The notes beneath the pieces were generated by a model. The model worked only from the letters and a program-made list of their open reading frames with translations, searched no databases and was not told the DNA's origin. The translations under genes and the position numbers were made by a program. This document shows positions 42,794 to 52,821 of a stretch of 64,000 nucleotides of DNA, piece by piece. The stretch is from positions 64,001-128,000 of the forward strand of contig JBPOGF010000013.1 in the NCBI GenBank assembly GCA_051251915.1. The letters are read 5' to 3'. This DNA is from Akkermansiaceae bacterium. GTDB lineage: Bacteria > Verrucomicrobiota > Verrucomicrobiia > Verrucomicrobiales > Akkermansiaceae. The first letter of the stretch is position 1; each line of letters begins with the position of its first letter.

Positions 42794-43555
42794 ATGAACC
42801 TATTCAACCTATCAGGAAAAACAGCACTAGTCACAGGATGCAAACGCGGAATCGGCCTAGCCATGGCAGAAGGCCTAGCCGCAGCAGGAGCCGACATCAT
42901 CGGCGTCTCAGCCTCCCTAGAAACATCAGGCTCAGCAGCAGAAAAAGCCGTCACCGCCCATGGCCGTAAATTCACCGCCTACCAATGCGACTTCTCAGAC
43001 CGCAGCGCCGTCAAACAATTCACCGCTGATATCCTCGCCAACCACGGCACCCCAGACATCCTCATCAACAACGCCGGCACCATCCTCCGCGCCCCAGCCG
43101 CCGAACACTCGGACGAATACTGGGACCAAGTCATCGAAGTCAACCTCAACGCCCAGTTCATCATCAGCCGCGACCTAGGAGCCAAAATGGTAGAACGTGG
43201 CAGCGGAAAAATCATCTTCACCGCCTCCCTCCTCACCTTCCAAGGCGGCATCACCGTCCCCGGCTACGCCGCCTCCAAAGGCGCCATCGGCCAACTCACC
43301 AAAGCCCTCTCAAACGAATGGGCATCCTCAGGCGTCAACGTCAACGCCATCGCCCCTGGCTACATCGCCACAGACAACACCCAAGCCCTAAGAGAAGACC
43401 CCACCCGATCCGAACAAATCCTCGCCCGCATCCCCGCCGGCCGCTGGGGCAAGCCAGAAGACTTCGTAGGCCCCACCATCTTCCTAGCCTCCCAAGCAGC
43501 CTCCTACGTCCACGGAGAAACCCTCCTAGTAGACGGCGGCTGGATGGGCAGATAA
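42794..43555 (+). CDS. kduD: 2-dehydro-3-deoxy-D-gluconate 5-dehydrogenase
   Basis: SDR TGCKRGIG, NNAG, ASLLTFQGGITVPGYAASK, VDGGWMGR. Confidence 0.92.
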   Translation: MNLFNLSGKTALVTGCKRGIGLAMAEGLAAAGADIIGVSASLETSGSAAEKAVTAHGRKFTAYQCDFSDRSAVKQFTADILANHGTPDILINNAGTILRAPAAEHSDEYWDQVIEVNLNAQFIISRDLGAKMVERGSGKIIFTASLLTFQGGITVPGYAASKGAIGQLTKALSNEWASSGVNVNAIAPGYIATDNTQALREDPTRSEQILARIPAGRWGKPEDFVGPTIFLASQAASYVHGETLLVDGGWMGR

Positions 43556-43737
43556 CCCACCCCCATCAACCCAAGCCATATTCGTCAAAATTAGTGCAGA
43601 TTCGTGGTAAAGCACCGCAGGTCACAACCCAAGCACACAACCTAAGCAACCATCAACCCAGTTCCGTCTATTCCGTACCTTCCGTGGTCAAAAACCCATC
43701 AACCCAAGCAAACTTCAACATACAACATTCAAAACTC

Positions 43738-44922
43738 ATGATCAAATCACTCAAAAATTTCATCACCACCACCATCAGCCTCACCCTCCTCTCCACCTCA
43801 ACCCACGCAGATGAATCCAAACTACAACCAAAAGCCATCCTAGAAATCGGCAACCGCGTAGCAGACTGGCAAATCCGCACATTCGACACCCACGCCCAAT
43901 ACCGCGCCCTCTCAGACAAAGGCCGCAAAAAAGCCCGCGCCAACGGCGACCGATCCAAAAACTACCACGACCTCGCCTGGCACAACGGCGCACTCTACAC
44001 CGGCATGGACCAATGGCGCAAAACCACCAAAAACCCAAAATACACCCAATGGCTCACCACCATCGGCCAGCGCAACAACTGGACCCTCCACAAACGCCCC
44101 TACCACGCGGACGACCACGCAGTCGGCCAGTTCTACCTCTCCCTCTACCAAGAAACCAAAGACAAATCCATGCTCACCCCTACACAAGAGCACTTCGACT
44201 GGATCCTAGCCAACCCAAAAACCGGCTCCTTAGAATGGGGAAAAGACACCGACTCCCACCACCGCTGGGGCTGGTGTGACGCCCTCTTCATGGCCCCCCC
44301 AGTCTGGGCTCGCCTCGCCAAAGTCACTGGCGACCTAAAATACCTAGACTTCATGCACCAAGAATACCAAGCCACCTACGACCTCCTCTGGGACAAAGAA
44401 AACCACCTCTTCTTCCGCGACACCAGCTACTTCCCTGAGCGCGAAGCCAACGGCAAAAAAGTCTTCTGGTCACGCGGCAACGGCTGGGTCTTCGGCGGCC
44501 TCGCCCTCATGATCCCAGACCTCCCACAAGACTGGAAACACAACAACTTCTACCTCAACACATTCAAACAAATGGCAGCCAAAATCAAAACCCTCCAACG
44601 CCAAGACGGCACCTGGTCCATGGGACTCCTCGGCGGAACCGAAGGCTACCCCATCAAAGAAACCAGCGGCACCTCATTCTACATCTTCGGCCTAGCCTGG
44701 GGAGTCAACCAAGGCATCCTAGACAAAACAGAATACCTCCCCACCATCACCAAAGGCTGGTCCGCCCTCACCGCCTCCGTCCAGCCAGACGGCCTCCTAG
44801 GCTACGTCCAGCCCGTAGGCGCCGCCCCCGGAGACTCCTTCCCAAACAAATCAGAAGTCTACGGCGTAGGAGCCTTCCTAGCCGCCGCCTCAGAAGTCTA
44901 CAAACTAGCCGGAGGAAAATAA
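43738..44922 (+). CDS. GH105 unsaturated uronyl hydrolase, secreted
   Basis: WHNG, HADDH, WGWCDALFM, FWSRGNGW, ETSGT. Start placed at MIKSLK. Confidence 0.9.
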   Translation: MIKSLKNFITTTISLTLLSTSTHADESKLQPKAILEIGNRVADWQIRTFDTHAQYRALSDKGRKKARANGDRSKNYHDLAWHNGALYTGMDQWRKTTKNPKYTQWLTTIGQRNNWTLHKRPYHADDHAVGQFYLSLYQETKDKSMLTPTQEHFDWILANPKTGSLEWGKDTDSHHRWGWCDALFMAPPVWARLAKVTGDLKYLDFMHQEYQATYDLLWDKENHLFFRDTSYFPEREANGKKVFWSRGNGWVFGGLALMIPDLPQDWKHNNFYLNTFKQMAAKIKTLQRQDGTWSMGLLGGTEGYPIKETSGTSFYIFGLAWGVNQGILDKTEYLPTITKGWSALTASVQPDGLLGYVQPVGAAPGDSFPNKSEVYGVGAFLAAASEVYKLAGGK

Positions 44923-44979
44923 ATATCCCATCACCACAACAAAACCTCCCAAAACTCAATCAACCACGCTAGCAATAAC

Positions 44980-45872
44980 TTGAAATCAATAGATCACTAC
45001 GAAGAGTATTTCTACAACCTCAACACAGGCATAGTTGGAGCTCATGAACGCCCCCACAAACCAATCATGCTTTTAGCCGTCATGGATCTCATTGAAATGG
45101 GGTCCCTACAGCAAAACCTCATCCCATTCTCAAAAGACCTGCAACGACAATTCTCCCAATATTTCGCAGTAGTTAAAGAACTCAACGATCGCAACACACC
45201 GATCAATCCCTTTTCTACATGCGTAGCGAACCATTTTGGAGTCACCAGCCAACACCCGGGAGTGAAGCAATAATCAATACCCTAAGTAGTCCACCAGCCA
45301 TGCGTGATTTATCTTCAATCATGCAAGGTGCCACACTAGAGCCTACTCTATGGGCAGCCATGAATGACTCAGCCACTCGCTCACGCCTCCGCCAAGTTCT
45401 AATCTCTCGATACTTTCCACAGCATCGGACCTCATTGCTGCAACAGTTACCTATCAATCTAAATCTCAATCAAGAACTTGCCGAATACCTAACACCCGCA
45501 CGTACGGCAGGCTTTAGAAAAATCGTCACCCAAGTCTACGAACACCAATGTGCCGCCTGTGGACTGAGCCTTCACCGCCCCGATGGCTCCACCATCGTCG
45601 ATGCCGCCCACATCATTCCCTTCTCGGAAAGCTACAACGACCACCCACGTAATGGACTAGCCCTCTGCAAAAACCATCACTGGGCTATGGATAAATCCCT
45701 CATAGCTCCCAGCCCAGGCCTCATTTGGCTTGCTAGCCAAGACCTCGACCCAAGGCAACCAGGAGAAAAAGAACTCATCAACTTAGCCAACCAACCGATC
45801 ATTCTCCCCAAAGACAACGCCTACCACCCTCTCCCTGATGCACTAGAATGGAGAAAATCCAGATTAGCTTAA
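44980..45872 (+). pseudogene. SBD-HNH-like modification-dependent restriction endonuclease, frameshifted
   Basis: N-half has RPHKPIMLL; one extra T at 45211-45214 gives NPFFYMRSEPFW and joins the C-half HNH (CAACG, AAHIIPF, NGLALCKNHH). Confidence 0.75.
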
Positions 45873-45899
45873 AGTTATAATCCTCCGACGAAAACAATA

Positions 45900-46616
45900 A
45901 TGCGCATACTCACATGGAATCTCCAACACGGCGGCGGCAAACGTATCGAACGCTTAACAACCGCACTCCTCACCTACGACGCCGATGTCATCCTCCTCAA
46001 TGAATACCGACACAACAAAGCCGGTTCAGACCTACGCGAGCATCTAACAGAAGCTGGCTACCTCTACCAATCAGCACCCCACGCAGCACCCCGTGATAAC
46101 ATCATCTTCGCAGCCTCCCGCATCCCCTTCGAATCCACAACATTCCCAGGACAACTCTCCGACCCAGACCTAGGAGACTTCACCTCTCGCGTCCTCCTAG
46201 TAAAAATTGCCGACCTCAACATCTTCGGAGTCTACATGCCCAGCATGTAATACAAACGACCCGTCTTCGACTTCCTCCTAAACTTACCTCCACACTACCT
46301 ATCCGAAAAATCACTATTCATGGGTGACCTCAATACAGGGAGACACTACGAAGACGAAGCCGGCGCCACCTTCATCTCAGCCCCACAATTCGACGCCTTA
46401 CTCGAACAAGGTTGGATCGACACCTGGAGAAACCGCAACCCAGAAGCCCGTGAATTCACCTGGTTCTCACGCGGCTACAACAACGGCTTCAGACTAGACC
46501 ACGCCCTAGCCAGTCCCTCATTCAACAAGGTGATCAAAGATGTCTACTACTCCCACCAGGAGCGTATCGACGGCGTCACAGACCACTCACTCATGGTAGT
46601 CGATATAGATCAATAG
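45900..46616 (+). pseudogene. Exonuclease III-like EEP protein with in-frame TAA at 46248-46250
   Basis: ILTWN, DVILLNE, VYMP, then stop; the same frame continues to MGDLN, DTWR, RLDH, TDH. Confidence 0.85.
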
Positions 46617-46800
46617 CCCCAAAAGTAATTAAGTCCCCCATCAACCAAGATCAGCGTAATTAAGCGAACAGCACCACAGGTCAAAGCTCCAAGAACATCA
46701 CCCCAAGCCCACAACCCAAGTTCAAGTTCCATCAACCCTGTTCCGTCTATTCAGAGCATTCCGTGGTCAAAAATCCCTCAACCCAGTTCAGCCCCCCCCT

Positions 46801-46838
46801 TCATAATTCATAATTCATAATTCATAATTCACAATTCA
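46801..46838 (+). repeat. Heptamer tandem repeat (TCATAAT) x ~5
   Basis: Read directly at the AraC gene stop. Confidence 0.85.
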
Positions 46839-47690
46839 TAACCCCCCTCCATTCTGTCTATAGCTTCTTGGCGTGCTCCCTGTTTCTTTCTTAAAGCAAC
46901 GACTGAACGTCTGAGGTGAACCAAACCCAGCCTCCTCAGCTATGTCAGCTAATGACAAAGTGGTCGTTCTAAGCAGAGACATCGCGCGATTGATCCGGTA
47001 GTTCTGTAAATAACTCCCTAATGAAATGCCAGCTGTATTCCTGAACACTGTGCGCAGTCGTGACTCAGACAAATCTAACTGCTTAGCCAAATCAGCAACT
47101 AAGACAATTCGCCCCCGCATTTCCACTAACAAGCGGTTGATCTTACGAAGCAAATTGTCTGGCACCGCTATAGGCAGATCCGCTGCAGTCGCTTGCAGAT
47201 CTCGCTTAAGTGCTGTGAGCACATGCAACAAGACCACCTGTAGTTCATGGCTATGCCGCTCTGAATGCCACTCCTCTAACAATTCTTTAATGAGCTTCTG
47301 AGTTTCAGAAGTTAGTGTCACCACACAGTTTCGTAATGGCTCCAGAAACCCACCAGGCTCCAATTCAAACGTGCAGAATAACCACTGAATTCGATCTGAA
47401 TCTAACTGGGTAAAGTGATGAAACTGATAAGGATGAATAAGCAACGCTTGCCCTGGGCTAAATGCATGCGACAGATGATTGATTTGGATTTGCCCCCGTG
47501 TCTTGAAATTAAGTGACAATACAAATCTATGATGAGAGCGGTTCTGAACAGCATTCTGTTGCAAGTTCTCGCGTGTCTGCCGAGTAAATAAAAGGATATT
47601 TCGCGGCGTTGGTAGCGTATCTTCCCCCGCTCCCTTGAAGTAGTCCTTCGGCTCGGAAAGATCGAGCAAAGATGGCTTAATCGGATCCAT
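46836..47690 (-). CDS. AraC family transcriptional regulator
   Basis: Cupin-like N-terminus (HHRF, HPYQFH); double HTH with IAEEAGFGSPQTFSRCFKKETGSTP. Confidence 0.93.
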   Translation of the reverse strand: MDPIKPSLLDLSEPKDYFKGAGEDTLPTPRNILLFTRQTRENLQQNAVQNRSHHRFVLSLNFKTRGQIQINHLSHAFSPGQALLIHPYQFHHFTQLDSDRIQWLFCTFELEPGGFLEPLRNCVVTLTSETQKLIKELLEEWHSERHSHELQVVLLHVLTALKRDLQATAADLPIAVPDNLLRKINRLLVEMRGRIVLVADLAKQLDLSESRLRTVFRNTAGISLGSYLQNYRINRAMSLLRTTTLSLADIAEEAGFGSPQTFSRCFKKETGSTPRSYRQNGGGL

Positions 47691-47820
47691 ACTGGGAAGA
47701 TATACCTCATTAAGAAATAGTCAATATTGTTAAAAATTGATCAATTTTGGCAAATTATTAGTATTTATTTGCTTCCGTTAATGGAGAATATCGATGTGTC
47801 GGTACACCCACACTTTACAG

Positions 47821-49179
47821 ATGAAAATTACACCAAGCCTAGATCCTGATTTCTTTCCTGCCATTCTTTGGAATCAAAAATTTGAGCAGGATGCGGAAGG
47901 AAGCGCCCTATCCGTGACCCTTGGTCTATGCCGTGACAATACCGTGCTAGCTCGTCGCAAGTTAAAGATCCTCCCCGACTCAGAGCGGAGCCTGCGCTAC
48001 GTGGAAAGAACACTTAAGACTCTAATCTGGTCGGTGGGAGGAAACCGTATTCTCTTCGCTGGACCTGATGACTTGTTTGACCGATTGCAAAAACACTACT
48101 CAGATTCTAAAATTGGCCAGTTTGACTCTGAAACCATCGGAGTAAGGCTTTTCGATCTTGCGCTAAAGATCGAACAGGTAGATGCTTCTATGATTTCCGA
48201 CCCTACCCATGAAACCACGGCTCTTGGCCGTCATCTCGATGGTTGCCGTATCGGATTTGACCTCGGCGGAAGTGAGCGTAAATGCGCGGCCTTGGTCGAC
48301 GGAGAAGTCATTTTCTCAGAGCAAATTAAATGGAACCCCTACTTTGAAAAGAATCCTCAATATCACTATGATGCGATCATGGACTCGCTACAACGTGCTG
48401 CCACACACTTGCCACACGTCGATGCTATCGGCGGCAGTGCAGCTGGTGTTTACGTTAACAACGAAGTGCGCGTCTCCTCACTATTCAGGGGCGTAGAGAA
48501 CGATAAATTTGATACCGAAGTCCGTCCCATATTTAAAAAGCTTAAACAGGCCTGGAATGGCATCCCATTTGAAGTCGCCAACGACGGTGAAGTCACCGCT
48601 CTTGCAGGGGCGATGTCTTTGAAGGATGATGCGGTACTCGGTATCTCTATGGGAACAAGTCTCGCCGCAGGCTATGTCACCCCAGAGGGAACCATCACCT
48701 CTTGGCTCAACGAACTGGCCTTTGTCCCCGTCGACTACCGCATAGATGGACCAGTAGACGAATGGTCAGGAGATGCAGGCTGCGGAGTTCAGTTCTTCTC
48801 TCAGCAAGGGGTAGCGCGCCTCGCTCCACTAGCCGGTATTGATTTCAAAACAGGAACACCATACGGCGAACAGCTTGCAGAAGTTCGGAGACTAATGTCA
48901 GAAAACGACCCACGCGCACGAAAAATCTACGAAACCATCGGCACTTGCTTCGGCTACACCATCGCGCAATACTCAACAATCTATGATTTTCGTAACCTAT
49001 TAGTTCTCGGCGGTGTCACTGCCGGTGAAGGAGGCCAGATCATTATTCAAAACGCCGAGCTCGTCTTGCAGGTTGAATTTCCCGATCTGGCATCAACAAT
49101 AAATATCAGCATGCCTGAGGAACAAATGAAGAGGCATGGTCAAGCAGTAGCCGCAGCCAGCCTAGCAATAATCAAATAA
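47821..49179 (+). CDS. ROK family sugar kinase with N-terminal extension
   Basis: IGFDLGGS, ANDG, MGTS, WLNELAF. Confidence 0.85.
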   Translation: MKITPSLDPDFFPAILWNQKFEQDAEGSALSVTLGLCRDNTVLARRKLKILPDSERSLRYVERTLKTLIWSVGGNRILFAGPDDLFDRLQKHYSDSKIGQFDSETIGVRLFDLALKIEQVDASMISDPTHETTALGRHLDGCRIGFDLGGSERKCAALVDGEVIFSEQIKWNPYFEKNPQYHYDAIMDSLQRAATHLPHVDAIGGSAAGVYVNNEVRVSSLFRGVENDKFDTEVRPIFKKLKQAWNGIPFEVANDGEVTALAGAMSLKDDAVLGISMGTSLAAGYVTPEGTITSWLNELAFVPVDYRIDGPVDEWSGDAGCGVQFFSQQGVARLAPLAGIDFKTGTPYGEQLAEVRRLMSENDPRARKIYETIGTCFGYTIAQYSTIYDFRNLLVLGGVTAGEGGQIIIQNAELVLQVEFPDLASTINISMPEEQMKRHGQAVAAASLAIIK

Positions 49180-49184
49180 CTACC

Positions 49185-50006
49185 ATGAATAATCCCTACT
49201 TAAAATTTGTAACTGAAATACAAGCAAATGTTGAAGCCGCAAGTTCTCTCCGTGTATCTGGAAAATATGAGCCTGTAGTGTCTTCAGACAAGGTTCTAAT
49301 CTTCTCACCCCATCCTGACGATGAATGCATCATAGGCCTACTCCCCTTGCGCCTGATGCGTGAGGCCGGTATGCAAGTGATCAACATTCCCGTAACCTAC
49401 GGCAGTGACGAAGCCCGCCAAGCTGGACGCGCCGAGGAACTCAATAACGCCTGTAACTATTTAGGCTGGTCAAATTATCGCGGCCCCGAGTGCAATACGG
49501 CCGCACAACCCGGATGTTATCAGGCCTTAGAAAAGGACGACATCGTCTCCATACTCACTGAGCAACAGCCACGTGTCATTCTCGTGCCACATGTCAAAGA
49601 TTGGAATTCTCGACACATCTCCACTCATCACCTAGTGTTAGAGGCTCTCGCTGAAATGCCATTTGATTTCACCTGCACAGTCGTCGAAACAGAATTTTGG
49701 GGCGCCATGTGGAGCCCTAACTTGATGGTCGAAGCTGATGCTGAAACGCTGGCCGACCTCGTTGCCGCTACCTCTTTACATGTCGAAGAAGTTGCGCGTA
49801 ATCCATACCACCTCTTGCTTCCTGCTTGGATGCAAGATAACGTCCGTCGTGGTGGAGAACTCGTTGGCGGACAAGGCGGTGCCGCACCTAATTTCAAATT
49901 CGCCACGCTTTACCGCTTGAGCCGCTGGGAAAACAAAGCATTCACTCAATGCACTGATACTAGTAAAATCCTGGGTACATCCGACAATCTAACAGAAATA
50001 TTCTAA
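49185..50006 (+). CDS. PIG-L/LmbE family N-deacetylase
   Basis: SPHPDDE zinc motif, R.EE, RH..TH. Confidence 0.88.
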   Translation: MNNPYLKFVTEIQANVEAASSLRVSGKYEPVVSSDKVLIFSPHPDDECIIGLLPLRLMREAGMQVINIPVTYGSDEARQAGRAEELNNACNYLGWSNYRGPECNTAAQPGCYQALEKDDIVSILTEQQPRVILVPHVKDWNSRHISTHHLVLEALAEMPFDFTCTVVETEFWGAMWSPNLMVEADAETLADLVAATSLHVEEVARNPYHLLLPAWMQDNVRRGGELVGGQGGAAPNFKFATLYRLSRWENKAFTQCTDTSKILGTSDNLTEIF

Positions 50007-50794
50007 TGGAAATAATCATCAATAATAACATGGATACGGGTAGCAAAGCTGCCGCAAGAGTTGTAGCTCGATTAATACACGAAAAACCAAACGCGGTGCT
50101 TGGCATGGCTACTGGCAGCACGCCGCTGAAGCTCTACAATGAGCTCATCCGTATGCATAAGGAGGAAGGACTTGATTTCAGCGCGGTCACTACATTCAAT
50201 CTCGATGAATATATCGGACTCCCGAAGGAACACGAACAATCTTACTACCGATTCATGTGGGACAACCTTTTCAATCACATCAATATCAATCCCAACAACG
50301 TTAACATTCCCGACGGAATGGCAACTGATGTTCCAATGGCATGCGCTGCATACGAGAAAGCGATCCAGGAGGCTGGAGGTATCGACCTACAGGTCTTAGG
50401 AATCGGTTCAGATGGACACGTAGGTTTCAACGAGCCAACCTCGTCATTTGCCTCACGCACCCGAATCAAAACCCTTACCCGTCAAACTGTGGCCGACAAT
50501 GCCCGCTTCTTCGAAGGTAATGAATCACAGGTGCCTCGTCACTGCATCACCATGGGAATTGGAACGATTATGGATGCTCGTATGAATCTCCTACTCGCAT
50601 TCGGAGAGAGCAAAGCAGACGCCATTGCCGCGATGGTTGAAGGTCCTGTTTCAGCCATCGTTCCAGCATCGATTCTCCAGCACCATCCAACAGCTAAGAT
50701 CTTTATCGACGAAGATGCTTCGACTAAATTACGCCTCGCCGACTATTACCGCTGGACCTACGAAGGCAAACCCGAATGGCAACAAGACGCCTAA
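50006..50794 (+). CDS. nagB: Glucosamine-6-phosphate deaminase
   Basis: GMATGSTP, FNLDEY, LGIGSDGHVGFNEP, TMGIGTI. Confidence 0.96.
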   Translation: MEIIINNNMDTGSKAAARVVARLIHEKPNAVLGMATGSTPLKLYNELIRMHKEEGLDFSAVTTFNLDEYIGLPKEHEQSYYRFMWDNLFNHININPNNVNIPDGMATDVPMACAAYEKAIQEAGGIDLQVLGIGSDGHVGFNEPTSSFASRTRIKTLTRQTVADNARFFEGNESQVPRHCITMGIGTIMDARMNLLLAFGESKADAIAAMVEGPVSAIVPASILQHHPTAKIFIDEDASTKLRLADYYRWTYEGKPEWQQDA

Positions 50795-50996
50795 CTCCTA
50801 CCCCCTCCCCTCTAGCCAGAAACAATACTTAAGAATAGCTTCATCGTGCACCATATTAGTGAAAATCCGCGAGATTCATGGTGAAAAATCCCTAACTTGA
50901 TCGCCCACCATCCTCCACCTAATCAATCCTAGCACACTTCTACATTCACACTTCAAAATTCAAACCTCTACCATCACCCTTCCCATAAAATAGCTT

Positions 50997-51219
50997 AAGC
51001 AACCTCCGGTAACCAGCATTGTCGGCGCTGGAGAGCATTGCAGCGCATGTCAAGGCGTGATGAAGGAGCGGATGAATATCCGTGACTGAAGAGCAACGAA
51101 GGCAGGTGGTGTAATGCTCCCCAGCCCGAAGGGTATTCTAAAACACCACCGCATGAAATGCGCTAGATATAAATTTATAGAGACGAAACGACGGCGATGT
51201 GGGTTGACGGAGCTTGCTT
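50997..51219. mobile_element. Structured non-coding element with imperfect terminal inverted repeats (MITE-like or ncRNA)
   Basis: Ends AAGCAACCTCCGGTAACC... and ...GGGTTGACGGAGCTTGCTT; internal stem GCTGGAGAGCATTGCA/TGTAATGCTCCCCAGC; G-rich against a C-rich background. Confidence 0.55.
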
Positions 51220-51340
51220 TATTTCATTATTTTACTTTTAAAACGCAACATTATTCCCTTTCGATGGTTATAAGTACACACTGAACTCAAGTCACAGGTT
51301 TTGCTTTGACAAGTCTTCACGCTAAAACTATTTTTAAATT

Positions 51341-51772
51341 ATGAAAATCAATATCAGAAATACGCCGAAAAAAGGTTTCACACTCATGGAAATGATGATC
51401 GTCATGGGGATTATTGCAGTCCTAGCTGGAGGCATGATCGGCCTACTCGGAGACTTTGATGAAGGCCCTAAAATTCAGAAAGCCGAAAACGAAATGCGCG
51501 CACTCAGTGCCACTCTCCTTCAATACAAGACTCTTGGAGGCAATTACCCAACCGAAGAACAAGGTCTCGAAGCTCTGGTCATTAAACCAACCAAAGACCC
51601 TATCCCAAGACGCCACTCACCTATCAAAGCTCTCGCTAAAGATCCTTGGGGCAATGATTATATCTACAAATTGCCAGGAACCAAAGATCCCACTACCTAC
51701 GAAATCATCTCCTATGGAGCCGATGGACAAGAAGGCGGAGGCGATGACATTAGCTCCCAAGATGAGCAATAA
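51341..51772 (+). CDS. gspG: T2SS major pseudopilin
   Basis: GFTLMEMM prepilin site; YPTEEQGLEALV, DPWGNDY, SYGADG, DDI. Confidence 0.95.
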   Translation: MKINIRNTPKKGFTLMEMMIVMGIIAVLAGGMIGLLGDFDEGPKIQKAENEMRALSATLLQYKTLGGNYPTEEQGLEALVIKPTKDPIPRRHSPIKALAKDPWGNDYIYKLPGTKDPTTYEIISYGADGQEGGGDDISSQDEQ

Positions 51773-51836
51773 TCACCATCCTGCGCACTCCTAACCCACC
51801 ATAAAGAGACTCGATCCACTTTCACATCGAAACACA

Positions 51837-52340
51837 TTGAACATCGCTCCACAGAACACGCATCGAGCCAGATCACGGTCAGGCTTCACTCTGATGGAAT
51901 TGATGATTGTGATGGTGGTTGTCTCCATTGTCGTAGCAGGCTCCATTATAGCGCTTTCTAATGACGCCTCAGACGAGGTGCATACCCTCCCCTTAAAAAT
52001 TGAGAAGTTAACCAAAAGATCGCTGGCCAAAGCTAAGATCGATAAACAAACTCAATACATTCTCATCTCACCCAGCCACATCTGGCAAAGCACAGACCCA
52101 AGCCAAACTCAACCGACTTCAGAATCTACCAACAAAGTCGACTTCCCACCCAACAGCTCTATTAGTTGCAAACGATTAGCAGACAATGGCTGGCACCAAA
52201 TACGAACTCTCGACGACAAAGCAGTCTGGGCATTCTCTTCTTCTGGAATTTGTGAAGAAATGTCCATCATGATCCAGCTCGAAAAATCATCAGCTGAGAT
52301 CCAATTTCATCCACTCACGGCCGCTATTATTAAGAATTAG
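51837..52340 (+). CDS. gspH: T2SS minor pseudopilin (GspH-like)
   Basis: GFTLMELMIV; position after gspG. Confidence 0.7.
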   Translation: MNIAPQNTHRARSRSGFTLMELMIVMVVVSIVVAGSIIALSNDASDEVHTLPLKIEKLTKRSLAKAKIDKQTQYILISPSHIWQSTDPSQTQPTSESTNKVDFPPNSSISCKRLADNGWHQIRTLDDKAVWAFSSSGICEEMSIMIQLEKSSAEIQFHPLTAAIIKN

Positions 52341-52344
52341 AACG

Positions 52345-52821
52345 ATGAAAATGCATTTCACTCATTCTGCATACCCGAGCTACTCAGCAAAGCCTGTGAA
52401 CAATAGCCACAACAAGACCAGAAAAGGCTTTCTGCTCATGGAAGCACTCCTAGCCTTCTCCATCTTCGGTATTGCTGTCACCAGTATCGTCGTTGCTCTC
52501 AATCAAACTGCCAAAGTCAGCTATGAGATCAACCGCGAATCATGGTCGCAAACTCACCTGCAAAAGCTCATGAGAGAGGTCATCACCCTGCCGGTCACGG
52601 AAGAGGAATTCCCTCGCGACGTCACCTTGGAGCTTAATGACGCCACCGCAAAAATCGTCGTCACACCATACACCGACACAACCCAGAACGAAGACTCCCT
52701 AGAGGTAAATCTGGAGAACATGTATGAGATCAACATCACTCTTTACTGGGATGAAGATGGCATCGAGAAAAGCAAATCAGCAAACACCGTTCACTACTAC
52801 CCATTACACCAAACCAGATGA
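52345..52821 (+). CDS. gspI: T2SS minor pseudopilin (GspI-like)
   Basis: GFLLMEALLA; gene order. Confidence 0.7.
   Translation: MKMHFTHSAYPSYSAKPVNNSHNKTRKGFLLMEALLAFSIFGIAVTSIVVALNQTAKVSYEINRESWSQTHLQKLMREVITLPVTEEEFPRDVTLELNDATAKIVVTPYTDTTQNEDSLEVNLENMYEINITLYWDEDGIEKSKSANTVHYYPLHQTR

Noticed and set aside
43318..43737. N-terminal extension of the second GH105
   Set aside because: It overlaps kduD out of frame and repeat DNA; the signal peptide begins at 43738.
46248..46250. Stop-codon recoding (Sec/Pyl) in the EEP gene
   Set aside because: The codon is TAA, which is the normal stop in many genes here.
31755..46800. Integrative element inserted at tmRNA
   Set aside because: No integrase and no duplicated tmRNA 3' end was found; downstream genes share the host skew.
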